64,000 nucleotides of DNA from Ferruginibacter sp. (GCA_039922375.1 JBDSAA010000211.1:25305-89304); one strand, 5' to 3'. Positions 27,980 to 38,917 are shown, numbered from the stretch's first letter. Notes: a model not told the origin generated them from the sequence alone. Made by a program: numbers and translations.

Positions 27980-29260
27980 TTATTCCAGCACTTGCCTTAT
28001 TGCGGCTGCCTTCAACAAACATTCCTGGTATTCTTCCTCCGAATCGCTATAAAATGTAATAGCACTACCTGCGTGAAAAGAAACATATTTAACGCCTGCA
28101 TTATACAAAATACTCCGGATCACTACATTAAAATCAGCATTTCCCGTTGGATTTATATAGCCTATAGCTCCTGAAAACAAACCTCTCTTGTTATGTTCAT
28201 AGCGTTCGATAATTTCCATCACTCTTTTTTTTGGTGCCCCTGTCATGCTCCCCATCGGAAATGTAGCCTTTACCACATCTATCCAGTCGAGATCGTCTTC
28301 CAGATCGCCACTGATAGTACTGATCATTTGGTGAACCTGGGGAAAACTATATATCCCGAATAATTCCTCCACCTTCACTGTTCCCTGCTTACAAACCCTG
28401 CTTAAGTCATTTCGAACAAGGTCAACCACCATCACATTCTCGCACTTTTCCTTTTTACTTTCTATCAGGTTTTGCCTGCTTTGTTCATCTAATTCTTTAT
28501 TGTCAAGGTTACGTTTAGCCGTTCCCTTTATCGGTTGTGAAAATATTTTGTCCCCCTCTTTTTTAAAATATCGTTCAGGGCTTGCACAAATACAATATTT
28601 ATCGTTTAATTTATATAAAGCTGAAAAGGGATTGGGTGAGATAGCTGCCAATGACGAATAGACAGACAATGGATCTATGACAGCATCCGTAGCAAAAAAT
28701 TCCTGGCAAAAATTTATCTCGTAGCAATCTCCACGCAAAATATGCTGCTGCAATTTTTTGATGATACTGATATAATCTTCTTCGGAAATTCTGACTTTGA
28801 TCTTTAGGGGAACAATTTCTTTTTTTTCTACTGTGTCTTTATGAGATTCAATCGCGGCAAAAATTGAATCAGCTTCTTCTTCACAATGAATTATAAGTTC
28901 TTTTTCATTTAACTGCAATACTATTTCGGGTATAAAAAAGAAGCAATCCGGAAAATCAATTCCATCAAAATTCATTGAAGTTAATTGCTCGGTTTCATTT
29001 TTAAGATCGTATCCGAGATGACCAAACATCCAATCTTTTTCTTTTTCATAAAATTCTCTTAACCCTTCAAATGTTTTACCTGCAGCTGCCTGAACTTTTC
29101 TCTTGCAACCCGCCGCCAGCAAGCATTCAAATGCAGGTGTTTCAAAATGGTATTGCTGATTATCCAAAAAACAAAAAATGTTGAACGGTTGTGCCCAGTT
29201 CAACATTTTATTCCTGAATTCATTAAAATTATCTATCGGAAAAGAAGCAGCTTTTTTCAC
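27980..29260 (-). CDS. pabB: Aminodeoxychorismate synthase component I / anthranilate synthase component I family
   Basis: Chorismate-binding domain motifs: SPERYF, GSMTGAPKKRVMEII, RGLFSGAIGY. Confidence 0.8.
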   Translation of the reverse strand: MKKAASFPIDNFNEFRNKMLNWAQPFNIFCFLDNQQYHFETPAFECLLAAGCKRKVQAAAGKTFEGLREFYEKEKDWMFGHLGYDLKNETEQLTSMNFDGIDFPDCFFFIPEIVLQLNEKELIIHCEEEADSIFAAIESHKDTVEKKEIVPLKIKVRISEEDYISIIKKLQQHILRGDCYEINFCQEFFATDAVIDPLSVYSSLAAISPNPFSALYKLNDKYCICASPERYFKKEGDKIFSQPIKGTAKRNLDNKELDEQSRQNLIESKKEKCENVMVVDLVRNDLSRVCKQGTVKVEELFGIYSFPQVHQMISTISGDLEDDLDWIDVVKATFPMGSMTGAPKKRVMEIIERYEHNKRGLFSGAIGYINPTGNADFNVVIRSILYNAGVKYVSFHAGSAITFYSDSEEEYQECLLKAAAIRQVLE

Positions 29261-29303
29261 TTGATTATTTTTCCTGTCAAAAATCCCAAGCTATCACACC
29301 CAA

Positions 29304-29735
29304 TTAAAAATCATCATCATCATCAAAGCCGGTACCCCGCCCATCAAGATCATCAAAACCGAGGTCTTTAAAATCTTCATCTATTTTAAAATCTTCATCT
29401 TCATCTTTTGCAGGTTTTTTTCCCACAGATTTCTTTGCAGCGGATTTAGGTACATCAAACTCATCAAAATCCGGATCCCAATCATCGTCATCTCCTTTTT
29501 CCCAATCATCTGCTTCGTCCACATCTCCTTCCTCATCGTCATCATCCTCATCATCCTTCTTTTTTTTAGAGCCCGCCTTTCCTTTTTTTACGGGAGCAAT
29601 CTCTTCATCAATTTCATCATCATCGTCCTCATCTTCATCTTTTTTTGATTTAGGAGAAGCTTTTGCCGGCGCCTTTTTGGAAGGTATATCTTCGCTTGGA
29701 GTTATTTTTTTCCCTTTATCTGATTTAATAGCCAT
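29304..29735 (-). CDS. Highly acidic, low-complexity (D/E/K-rich) protein
   Basis: 143-aa ORF with long D/E runs alternating with K-rich patches, in an intergenic slot between pabB and purA. Confidence 0.55.
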   Translation of the reverse strand: MAIKSDKGKKITPSEDIPSKKAPAKASPKSKKDEDEDDDDEIDEEIAPVKKGKAGSKKKKDDEDDDDEEGDVDEADDWEKGDDDDWDPDFDEFDVPKSAAKKSVGKKPAKDEDEDFKIDEDFKDLGFDDLDGRGTGFDDDDDF

Positions 29736-29816
29736 ATATCAACTTATTATGTTGTAAAATTTCTTATAGATTTTCGAATAGCCAAAAAAAAATGAATATT
29801 TTTTTTATTTTTTACC

Positions 29817-31079
29817 CTATGCCAATATGATTTGGTCCCGGTCCGGCCCGTTGCTGATAAATTTCACAGGCACCTGTAAAAAGCCGTTAATGTAATCAAT
29901 ATAACTCTTCATATTCGATGGCAATGTTTCGTACTTATCCATTGCGGTAATATCAGTCTGCCAACCAGCAAAGCTTTTATACACCGGGTCAATCTGCACA
30001 TGATTCATTTGAAAAGGTATACAATTTTTTTCTTTCCCATTTACCTTATAAGCATTACAAACTTTCAATTCAGGCAAAGAATCAAGTATGTCAGTTTTGG
30101 TCATCACAATTTGGGTAACCCCATTGATCATACAGGCAAACTGCAATGCTACCAAATCGATCCAGCCGCACCGGCGGGGCCTTCCGGTAGTTGCTCCAAA
30201 CTCGCTTCCTATTTTACGGATCAGCTCTCCTGTGTCGTCATTCAGTTCAGTAGGGAAAGGCCCGCTTCCAACGCGGGTGCAATATGCTTTGGAAACGCCA
30301 TACACTTCCTTTATCTTCTGAGGGGCGATACCGAGGCCCGTGCAAACGCCGGCCGAAATAGTATTGCTGCTGGTAACATAAGGGAATGTGCCGAAATCTA
30401 CATCCAGCATACTGCCTTGTGCGCCTTCTGCCAATACCTTCTTGCCCTGTTGAATTTTTTCATTGATAAAATATTCGCCGTTTACAATCTTGAAATCCTT
30501 CAGCAGTTCAATCGATTCAAAAAAATCATCTTCCCATGCACTGATATCTTCCTGGAAATTATAATTATCAAGCAAACGCTGGTGCTTCAATCTTATTTTA
30601 ATGTACTGAGAAATGAAACCCTTGTCTAGTAAATCGCCTACTCTTAAACCGTTGCGCCCGGTTTTATCCATGTAAGCCGGGCCTATACCTTTTAGAGTAG
30701 AGCCAATCTTTTCATTACCTTTTGCCAATTCACTGGCTTTGTCCAAAGCCCTGTGGGTAGGCAAAATCAGGTGAGCACGCTCACTGATGTATAAATTTTT
30801 CTTGTAGTCAATTCCCATGGATGCTACCGTTTCACATTCTCTTTTTAATGTGACGGCATCAAGCACTACACCATTGCCTATGAGATTGATTTTATCCTCA
30901 TGAAAAATACCACTGGGTATCTGGTGAAGCACCACCTTTTGTCCTTTTACATACAGTGTGTGGCCTGCATTAGGGCCGCCCTGGAACCGTGCGATTATGT
31001 CATAATTGGGAGCAAAATAATCTACTATTTTCCCCTTGCCCTCATCGCCCCACTGCATTCCTAAAATTACATCTACCAT
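29817..31079 (-). CDS. purA: Adenylosuccinate synthase
   Basis: QWGDEGKGK P-loop, GPNAGHT and GTTGRPRRCGW motifs. Confidence 0.95.
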   Translation of the reverse strand: MVDVILGMQWGDEGKGKIVDYFAPNYDIIARFQGGPNAGHTLYVKGQKVVLHQIPSGIFHEDKINLIGNGVVLDAVTLKRECETVASMGIDYKKNLYISERAHLILPTHRALDKASELAKGNEKIGSTLKGIGPAYMDKTGRNGLRVGDLLDKGFISQYIKIRLKHQRLLDNYNFQEDISAWEDDFFESIELLKDFKIVNGEYFINEKIQQGKKVLAEGAQGSMLDVDFGTFPYVTSSNTISAGVCTGLGIAPQKIKEVYGVSKAYCTRVGSGPFPTELNDDTGELIRKIGSEFGATTGRPRRCGWIDLVALQFACMINGVTQIVMTKTDILDSLPELKVCNAYKVNGKEKNCIPFQMNHVQIDPVYKSFAGWQTDITAMDKYETLPSNMKSYIDYINGFLQVPVKFISNGPDRDQIILA

Positions 31080-31540
31080 TTTTTTGTTTATTGTTTATAT
31101 TTTTATTCAATTCCACTATTACCAATAAAACTCAAATGGCTGTCTATACCATTTTTAAAGTCGGTACCATTAAAAAATGCTCATTAAAATTTATAGGTGA
31201 ACAATTACTTTTCAACCCACTGTATAAATTTATTCGTGATAATCGCAGAGTCATTTCAGCAGTTGCCGGTGGTAAAAATAAATTGAAATAAAACAACCAC
31301 CTAAAATGATATGTATTTGTTTAAAAAATGGGGAGAAAGAAGAATGGCATTAATAATTTTATTCATAAAAATCTAAGATGAAAACAGTTTTTTGGTGATT
31401 GATTATTATCCGTTTTTAGTACTATTATAATAGCCGGCGGTTAACCAAACAGTAAAGTGCCGGTCTGTTCATTTCTCATTGAGCAGGGTGCCCTTTATGC
31501 CCCAACTTTTACCAGTTATAAATTCATAACTTCGATAATT

Positions 31541-33478
31541 GTGAAGAAACTTAATAACCTTTTCATCTCAACGTTCGTTTTTGTTTGCTTAGTTTGCCAC
31601 CTGGCATCTACAGCACAAGTATGTACCGGGGCTTTGGGTGACCCTGTTGTTAACATCCACTTTGGCAGCGGTTCAAATCCCGGAAGTCAATTGAAAGCTG
31701 CAACCACTACTTATAATTTCACTTCGTCCATCTGCCCAAACGATGGCTTTTACACCGTTGTCAATAGTACAGCAGGCTGCTTTTCAAATTCCTGGTATTC
31801 TTTAACCGAAGATCATACACCCGGCGATGCCAATGGTTATGTGATGTTGGTAAATGCATCTCAGATTCCCGGTGACTTTTTTGTGGATACTGTAAAAAAT
31901 TTATGCGCCAACACTACATATGAATTTGCGGCATGGATTTTAAATATTGTAACAACCAGTGCGTGCAACGGTAATGCAATTCAACCTAAATTAGTTTTTA
32001 ATATTGAGACAGTTTCCGGAACCGTTTTGGGCACCTATTCTACCGGCAGCATCCCAACAACAAGCTCAACATCCTGGAAACAATATGGCCTTTTTTTTAC
32101 CACCCCGCCCAATGTCAACAATGTAATAATTCGATTAACCAATACTGCACCAGGCGGCTGTGGAAACGATATTGCGCTCGATGATATTACTTTCAGGCCC
32201 TGTGGGCCAGGTGTAACTGCTGCGGTCGCAACCACCGGCCAAACAGCGGTAGATATTTGTAAAGGAGTGGCGTCCAATCTTTCTATAAATGCAACTGTCG
32301 GTGCTGGTTACATTTCTCCTATTCCGCAATGGCAGGAAAGTTTGGATAATGGAGTTACCTGGAGCGATATACCGGGTGCGGCCATGTTGACCTATCAATT
32401 TAATAAAACAGGGAACATCATTTATAAGTACAGGCTATCAGTAGCAGAAGGAGTAAATGCGGCGATCAGCAGTTGCAGGGTTTACTCCAATCCTGTAGTA
32501 ATAACCGTCCATGACATACCATCAATAAATGCAGGCAGCAATAGCCCTGTTTGTGAGAAGCAGTTAATTAAACTAACGGCTACCGGTGGGGCGACTTATA
32601 GCTGGATCGGCCCGGCCGGCTTTGGTTCTACATTGGCGACTCCTTCTTTTACTGCACAAAGCAATTCCGGCGGGATATATAACGTAGTCGTCACAGATCA
32701 GTTTGGATGTAAGAATAGTGCGTCTGTTACGGTAGTCACCAATCCTAATCCGCAGGTCACTGTCAGCAATACGCAACCAATCTGCGAAGGCAATATTGTT
32801 ACTTTACAGGCAGGTGGAGGAACAACATATAAGTGGCTGCCGGCTATGGGTTTGTCCGATGCAAATATTGCAAATCCAATTGCCAGTCCTGCCGATACAA
32901 CCACTTATAGGGTAATAGTTACAAGTGCCAATAGCTGTTCGGATACGGGTACTGTTGTAGTAAATATTTTAAAAAAGCCAATTGCCAACGCGGGGGCTGA
33001 TAAAATTTTATTCAAGGGACAAAAAGTAGTTATTGACGGAAGTGCTGGCGGCACCAATGTCAGCTTCTCATGGTATCCAGTCAGCTTCCTCGATGATCCA
33101 TTGCTAATGCAGCCCACAGCCATGCCAGTCAGTGATACGCGTTATACGTTGGTGGTGGCATCGAACGTAGGGTGTGGTACAGCAACAGATGAGGTATTTG
33201 TGAAAGTGTTCAATGGATTTTATATACCCAATGCCTTTTCGCCCAACAATGATATGCTTAATGATACTTGGCGGATCGATGTACTGGCCGGTGTACCCGG
33301 AGCAAGTGTAATTGTTTACAATCGTTTCGGTGGAATTATATTCCAAACCACCGGCAACAGTCAATATTGGAATGGCACTTACAAAGGCCAGCCTGTGCCT
33401 ATGGGTGCATACCCTTATATTATAGACCTCAAAAATGGCATGCCGCTCAAAAAAGGTATGGTGATGGTTGTAAGATGA
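31541..33478 (+). CDS. Secreted repeat protein with a T9SS type-B (gliding-motility-associated) C-terminal sorting domain
   Basis: C-terminus YIPNAFSPNNDMLNDTWRI...WNGTYKGQPVPMGAYPYII. The in-frame GTG at 31541 gives the signal peptide VKKLNNLFISTFVFVCLVCHLASTAQ. The listed ATG at 31457 adds a non-signal-like extension. Confidence 0.8.
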   Translation: MKKLNNLFISTFVFVCLVCHLASTAQVCTGALGDPVVNIHFGSGSNPGSQLKAATTTYNFTSSICPNDGFYTVVNSTAGCFSNSWYSLTEDHTPGDANGYVMLVNASQIPGDFFVDTVKNLCANTTYEFAAWILNIVTTSACNGNAIQPKLVFNIETVSGTVLGTYSTGSIPTTSSTSWKQYGLFFTTPPNVNNVIIRLTNTAPGGCGNDIALDDITFRPCGPGVTAAVATTGQTAVDICKGVASNLSINATVGAGYISPIPQWQESLDNGVTWSDIPGAAMLTYQFNKTGNIIYKYRLSVAEGVNAAISSCRVYSNPVVITVHDIPSINAGSNSPVCEKQLIKLTATGGATYSWIGPAGFGSTLATPSFTAQSNSGGIYNVVVTDQFGCKNSASVTVVTNPNPQVTVSNTQPICEGNIVTLQAGGGTTYKWLPAMGLSDANIANPIASPADTTTYRVIVTSANSCSDTGTVVVNILKKPIANAGADKILFKGQKVVIDGSAGGTNVSFSWYPVSFLDDPLLMQPTAMPVSDTRYTLVVASNVGCGTATDEVFVKVFNGFYIPNAFSPNNDMLNDTWRIDVLAGVPGASVIVYNRFGGIIFQTTGNSQYWNGTYKGQPVPMGAYPYIIDLKNGMPLKKGMVMVVR

Positions 33479-33677
33479 TGTTGGATGTAGGATTTTACCT
33501 TTTATAAAACTAACTCATCCTCCGCCTTTTTCTTTCGGGCTGCATGCCTGTTGAAAACCGACGGCTCGCCTTAAGCGGCCCATTTGCCGTATTTTTTGCC
33601 AAAACCAATAATTTTAGTAGCTTGTACCCTGAAGTTTTACTACTTCACCAATATTTACTAACCATAAATTCTACAAA

Positions 33678-33878
33678 ATGTCAAACATGTTAACAGCTTA
33701 TTGCATGAAAACGAAAGAAAAAAACGTTCCCATGCAGGATGCAGTGATAACCAAAACAGCCCGTGGCGGGTATATGGCCCAGGGTCATGACGGCAAGGGT
33801 AATAAAATGACCACGATGCTGGGTGAAGCAAGAGCTTTAGAAGCCGTTAAAGATGGCGTGGCTAAAAAAGGCTGGTAA
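33678..33878 (+). CDS. Small hypothetical protein (66 aa)
   Basis: Isolated ORF followed at once by a good intrinsic terminator. No family recognised. Confidence 0.5.
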   Translation: MSNMLTAYCMKTKEKNVPMQDAVITKTARGGYMAQGHDGKGNKMTTMLGEARALEAVKDGVAKKGW

Positions 33879-33900
33879 TTAAACTCTTAAAAACTTATTC

Positions 33901-33930
33901 AGGCCATCCGCTTTTGCAGGTGGCCTTTTT
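33901..33930 (+). terminator. Intrinsic terminator
   Basis: aggccatc cgcttttgca ggtggcct followed by ttttt. Confidence 0.75.
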
Positions 33931-34422
33931 CTATTTACCCATGTCTCAACCGGGGATGAACTATGACTCATGCATTTATCCCTTATTATTATGAGGGTGA
34001 ATAGAAGTGATGGTATAGCTAAACAGGGTGCAGTTGAATTTAGGAAACCCAAAATAATACAGACAGTGCTGTGATAACATTGGATTGGCGTATGATTTAT
34101 TTTATTCGAAATTATAAAAGGCTAATTACACCAATTAACAGAGTACTGTTTCTTAATTCGTGTAAGTAGGTATCCAAATTCGTGTAATAAAATTGAGTCA
34201 TCTTACACTTAACTTAACACCAGAAAGTACAATTGTACCCCACAGCGCTGAAAGATATCCAGGTTAATTTAAAAAGTTTAAATGCCCGTTTATCTTATAA
34301 CAAATCTATTCTTTCGTGGCCTGCATCTGAGGCAATCATCCCCTGTAATGCTGACTAATTATCGTTGGTATTACCGTTTATAAAAAAAAATACAAGAAAT
34401 AAATACTCTATTAATAACTGCC

Positions 34423-34430
34423 TACATTTG
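34423..34430 (+). promoter_or_regulatory. Bacteroidetes -7 box TAcaTTTG for the M16 peptidase operon
   Basis: Exact TAnnTTTG match, 19 nt upstream of the ATG at 34450. Confidence 0.5.
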
Positions 34431-34449
34431 GCATTCAATTAAAACAAAT

Positions 34450-35757
34450 ATGAAATCAAGCATCTTCTACTTTTTCTTCATGGCGGCAGCCATCTCAGCC
34501 ACAGCTCAAAAAGTGGCGTTTACAGAATACAATTTAAAAAATGGTTTGCATGTGATTTTGCACCAGGACAAGACGGCCCCGGTAGTAGCGGTTTCTGTTA
34601 TGTATCATGTAGGTAGTAAAGATGAACAACCAAACCGCACCGGTTTTGCCCACTTTTTTGAACACCTGTTATTTGAAGGTTCGGCTAATATTAAGCGTGG
34701 CGAGTTTATGAAAATTGTAAGCAGCAATGGTGGCCAAAACAATGCTAATACTACCCAGGACCGCACATTTTATTATGAGGTATTTCCAAGTAACCAGTTA
34801 GCTACCGGCATTTGGCTTGAAAGCGAGCGGATGTTACATCCTGTAATAAATGAGATCGGGGTAAAGACGCAAAATGAAGTAGTGAAAGAAGAAAAAAGAA
34901 TGCGGGTAGATAATCAACCTTACGGTAATTTTTTAAACGAAATAATGAAGCGCTTATTTACCAAGCACCCTTACACATGGACGCCCATAGGAAGTATGGC
35001 AGACCTTGACGCAGCTACGCTTGCAGAGTTTAAAGATTTTAATAAAAAGTATTATACCCCTAATAATGCGGTACTCGTGATAGCAGGCGATATAGATATT
35101 GCCAAGACTAAAACATTGGTTGAAAATTACTTTGGTGATATACCATCCGGTGTGGCATTGACAAGGACAACGGCTAAAGAGGATCCAATTACCACTGAAA
35201 TCATTGATACGGCTTATGATAGCAATATCCAGATACCGGCGATTTTAGCTGCCTACCGGGTGCCTGGCAAAACAAGCAAAGAATCCAAAGCATTGGAAAT
35301 GGCATCTGCAGTATTAAGCCAGGGTAATAGCAGCCGCATGTTTAAGAAAATGGTAGATGATAAAAAAAATTCGCTGCAGGTAGGTTCTTTTAATTATTCG
35401 CTGGAAGATTACGGAGCCTACCTCATCTATGCATTACCAAACAACGATGCACCAGTAGATACTTTATTAAAAGATATGGACGAGGAAGTTGCAAAATTGC
35501 AATCGAGCCTGATTTCTGAAACAGAATTTACCAAATTGCAGAACCAGTTTGAAAATAACTTCATTGGCAAAAACAGCAAAATGCTGGGTATTGCAGAAAA
35601 CCTGGCGGATGGATATACATTTTATAAAAACACCAACAATATTAATAACGAACTAGATGAGATACGAAAAATAACCCGACAGGATATCCAGGATGTTGCC
35701 AAAAAATACCTCAACAAAAACCAGCGGGTAGTTTTATTTTATCTACCCAAAAAATAA
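34450..35757 (+). CDS. M16 family (pitrilysin/insulinase) zinc peptidase, catalytic-type subunit
   Basis: Signal peptide and intact inverted zinc motif HFFEHLLFEG. Confidence 0.9.
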   Translation: MKSSIFYFFFMAAAISATAQKVAFTEYNLKNGLHVILHQDKTAPVVAVSVMYHVGSKDEQPNRTGFAHFFEHLLFEGSANIKRGEFMKIVSSNGGQNNANTTQDRTFYYEVFPSNQLATGIWLESERMLHPVINEIGVKTQNEVVKEEKRMRVDNQPYGNFLNEIMKRLFTKHPYTWTPIGSMADLDAATLAEFKDFNKKYYTPNNAVLVIAGDIDIAKTKTLVENYFGDIPSGVALTRTTAKEDPITTEIIDTAYDSNIQIPAILAAYRVPGKTSKESKALEMASAVLSQGNSSRMFKKMVDDKKNSLQVGSFNYSLEDYGAYLIYALPNNDAPVDTLLKDMDEEVAKLQSSLISETEFTKLQNQFENNFIGKNSKMLGIAENLADGYTFYKNTNNINNELDEIRKITRQDIQDVAKKYLNKNQRVVLFYLPKK

Positions 35758-35818
35758 TGTGGCCGCATAGCTGCCTTTTAAATATTATAATTATACACGT
35801 TAGCATAAAAAAAATTAA

Positions 35819-37915
35819 ATGAAAAAAGTAATTATAGTTGCATTGAGTGCTTTATTGCTGCAACATGGCTTTGCACAAATAAAAGTTGACAGATCGAAAA
35901 GGCCTGCCCCTGGACCGGCACCGGCTATTTCGATTAAAGACCCGGTTATTTTCACTATGCCGAACGGCATGACAGTACTGGTTGTCGAGAATCATAAGCT
36001 GCCCAAAGTATCTGCTACGCTCAATATCGATGCAGGACCCGTACTGGAAGGAAAAAAAGCCGGCCGCTTAGATTTGATGGGCCAAATGCTGGGCGAGGGA
36101 ACCACTACAATGCCGAAAGAAAAGTTTGATGAGGCAGTTGATTTAATGGGCGCTGATGTTAGTCTTTATGCGAGCGGCGGATCGGCCGGCGCACTAACCC
36201 GTTATTTTGAAAAGGCGTTTTCTTTGATGGCTGACGGTTTAAAAAACCCTGCATTTCCGGCTGCTTCTTTTGATAAATTAAAGTCGCTCACCATTACTGG
36301 TTTAAAAACAAATGAAAAGAGTGCAGCTGCTATTGCAGCAAGAGTAAATAAGGCTTTAAACTTTGGAAAAAATTCGGCCCTTGGTGAATTTACTACCGAA
36401 GAATCTGTTAAGGGGCTTACACTGGAAGATGTAAAAGATGCATACCAAAATTACATTACCCCGTCGCGTTCTTATTTAACTTTTGTTGGAGATATTACGC
36501 CGGCTCAGGCAAAAGTATTGGCAACAAAAACATTCAGCAACTGGACAGGAAAAAAATTAAGCTTACCAGCAATTCCATTGGTGCAAAACCCTGCAAAAAC
36601 CGAAATAGCTTTCGTCGATTTACCTACTGCAGTTCAGGGAGAGCTGAACATTGGCAACGTGGTAAATAACCCAATGAACAATAAAGATTATCATGCTTTG
36701 CTGGTAGCCAACCAAATATTGGGCGGCGGCGCAGAAAGCAAATTATTTATGAACCTTAGGGAAAAGCACGGTTTCACTTATGGTAGTTATTCAAATGTTG
36801 GCAGTGGCAGATTTCAAAGCCTGTTTAATGCGAATGCGGCTGTACGAACCGATAAAGTAGATAGTGCCACTGCAGAAATATTCAGCGAAATATTGAATAT
36901 GAGAGACGGAAAAATAACACAGGAAGAATTGGATATTGCAAAAGCCAAATACAATGGTTCTTTTGCATTAGGTATGGAAGATCCTGCCCGTACTGCGAGG
37001 TATGCTACCAATATTCTTATTAATAATTTGCCCAAAGATTTTTATAGAACTTATTTGCAAAAGATAAATAGCGTAACAATTGCAGACATACAACGGGTAG
37101 CAAAGCAATACTTAAACGAAACCAACTCCAGGATTGTTATTGTTGGTAATGCGGAAAAGGTTTTACCAAAACTAATGAGGCTAGGTTATCCGATTAAAAA
37201 GTACGACCGCTATGCTGAACCGGTCATTGATAGGCCCGTTGATAAAAAAATAAATGAAACGGTTAAAACAACTGATAACATATCGGCAACCGAAATTGTA
37301 GAAACATACTTAAAAGCAATTGGAGGCAAGGACGAGGTAAAAAAGATTAATACCATATCCTCGATAATTGGCCTTGATATGATGGGCAGGACATTTGAAG
37401 GCATTGAGAAAAAGATGAATCCTAATATGCAGTTGATGGAATTGAAAATGGGTACCATGACTGTAATGAAATCAGTGTTTGATGGCAAATCCGGCTTTCA
37501 GCAACAGGGGCCTCAAAAAAAGGATATGACTGAAAAAGAAGTTAAAGATGCTCTCGATGAAAAGGGAGTTATTCCGCAACTGTACTACATCACAAGCTCA
37601 GATTACAAAACGGATTATATTGGAACCGGTAAAATAGACAGCGAAGATACCTACCGCTTAAAAGTGGTAATGCCCAGCGGCAAAACATCTATCCAGGAGT
37701 ATTCCACCAAGACAGGCCTGCTGCTTAAAGAAGAAACCACCGTGGTACAACAGGACGTTGAAATGCCCATAACAATCGAATATAAAACCTACAAAAAAAC
37801 CGGTACCTTGTTATTGCCAACAGAGGTAATAAGAAATGTAGGAGGACAGGAAATTCCTCTAAAGTACAAGGAGATAAAATTAAATGAAGGAGTAACGTCA
37901 GCAGATTTTAAATAA
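35819..37915 (+). CDS. M16 family peptidase-like protein lacking HxxEH, with an extra C-terminal domain of about 230 aa
   Basis: M16 fold similarity (GxxxLxxMLxEGT, ...GGGAESKLFMNLREKHGFTYG) but no HxxEH motif, and 698 aa long. Confidence 0.8.
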   Translation: MKKVIIVALSALLLQHGFAQIKVDRSKRPAPGPAPAISIKDPVIFTMPNGMTVLVVENHKLPKVSATLNIDAGPVLEGKKAGRLDLMGQMLGEGTTTMPKEKFDEAVDLMGADVSLYASGGSAGALTRYFEKAFSLMADGLKNPAFPAASFDKLKSLTITGLKTNEKSAAAIAARVNKALNFGKNSALGEFTTEESVKGLTLEDVKDAYQNYITPSRSYLTFVGDITPAQAKVLATKTFSNWTGKKLSLPAIPLVQNPAKTEIAFVDLPTAVQGELNIGNVVNNPMNNKDYHALLVANQILGGGAESKLFMNLREKHGFTYGSYSNVGSGRFQSLFNANAAVRTDKVDSATAEIFSEILNMRDGKITQEELDIAKAKYNGSFALGMEDPARTARYATNILINNLPKDFYRTYLQKINSVTIADIQRVAKQYLNETNSRIVIVGNAEKVLPKLMRLGYPIKKYDRYAEPVIDRPVDKKINETVKTTDNISATEIVETYLKAIGGKDEVKKINTISSIIGLDMMGRTFEGIEKKMNPNMQLMELKMGTMTVMKSVFDGKSGFQQQGPQKKDMTEKEVKDALDEKGVIPQLYYITSSDYKTDYIGTGKIDSEDTYRLKVVMPSGKTSIQEYSTKTGLLLKEETTVVQQDVEMPITIEYKTYKKTGTLLLPTEVIRNVGGQEIPLKYKEIKLNEGVTSADFK

Positions 37916-37948
37916 TCTTCCTTTAAATATTCTTCGGTATTTTCATGA

Positions 37949-37979
37949 AGCTGTCTCATAAAAATGGGGCAGCTTTTTT
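37949..37979 (+). terminator. Intrinsic terminator of the M16 operon
   Basis: agctgtctc ataaaaat ggggcagct followed by ttttt. Confidence 0.7.
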
Positions 37980-38173
37980 ATTATCACGAGCGGTAAAAGC
38001 ATCAATGATTTGTACTTTGTAAAAAGACCATTCAAACCCCGCTATAACGTTGGGCATAAACGATGATTTCCCAAAGTTTTCCAATATTGTAGATTTACCT
38101 TTAACAAAAAAATAGGCATTATATTAGCTACATCAGTTTTGAATTAATTTTATTTGCCATTAAACTTTTAAAC

Positions 38174-38869
38174 ATGGAAGCAGCAAAACCCAAAATATTA
38201 ATTTGTGAAGATGATACCAACCTCGGAATGGTATTGAAAAATTACCTTGAACTGAACGATTATGAAGTTATCCTCGAAAGAGATGGCCGCCTTGGCCTGG
38301 CTGCATTCCAGCGGGAAAAATTTGACATATGCCTGCTTGATGTGATGATGCCGAATATGGACGGTTTTGCATTGGCTGAAGAAATCCGTGATATTAATCC
38401 TGATGTGCCGTTATTTTTCCTTTCTGCTAAAACCATGAAAGATGATATTATACAGGGATATAAACTAGGCGCTGATGACTATATCACCAAACCATTTGAC
38501 AGTGAAGTATTGCTGCTAAAAATAAAAGCAATACTAAAGCGTAATGAAGAAATGCATCGTGAGGAAGTAAATGCTGAATTTGATATGGGTAAGTATCATT
38601 TTAACCCACGCTTGAGGGAACTGACCATTGATGGAAAGGTGCAGGTATTATCTCCTAAAGAAAATGAATTATTGAAAATGCTTTGCGAGTATAAAAATGA
38701 TTTGTTATCAAGGGAGATTGCTTTGAAAAAAATATGGGGCAGCGATACCTATTTTAACGGAAGAAGCATGGATGTTTATATTGCCAAGCTTCGCAAATAT
38801 TTAAAAGAAGACAGTACAATCGAAATTGTAAATATACATGGTAACGGGTTCAGGCTGGTAGCAGCTTAA
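38174..38869 (+). CDS. OmpR/PhoB-family response regulator transcription factor (no adjacent kinase)
   Basis: Receiver domain (ILICEDD, DVMMP, KPF) plus a winged-helix C-terminus (LSPKENELLKML ... VYIAKLRKYL). Confidence 0.9.
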   Translation: MEAAKPKILICEDDTNLGMVLKNYLELNDYEVILERDGRLGLAAFQREKFDICLLDVMMPNMDGFALAEEIRDINPDVPLFFLSAKTMKDDIIQGYKLGADDYITKPFDSEVLLLKIKAILKRNEEMHREEVNAEFDMGKYHFNPRLRELTIDGKVQVLSPKENELLKMLCEYKNDLLSREIALKKIWGSDTYFNGRSMDVYIAKLRKYLKEDSTIEIVNIHGNGFRLVAA

Positions 38870-38885
38870 AGAACTTTAAAATCTC

Positions 38886-38917
38886 AAAAGGGCTCCATTA
38901 TCGGAGCCCTTTTTTTA
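38886..38917. terminator. Intrinsic terminator between the convergent response regulator gene and ruvB
   Basis: aaaagggctcc attatc ggagcccttttttt. The A-run and T-run flanks allow function in both directions. Confidence 0.85.
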
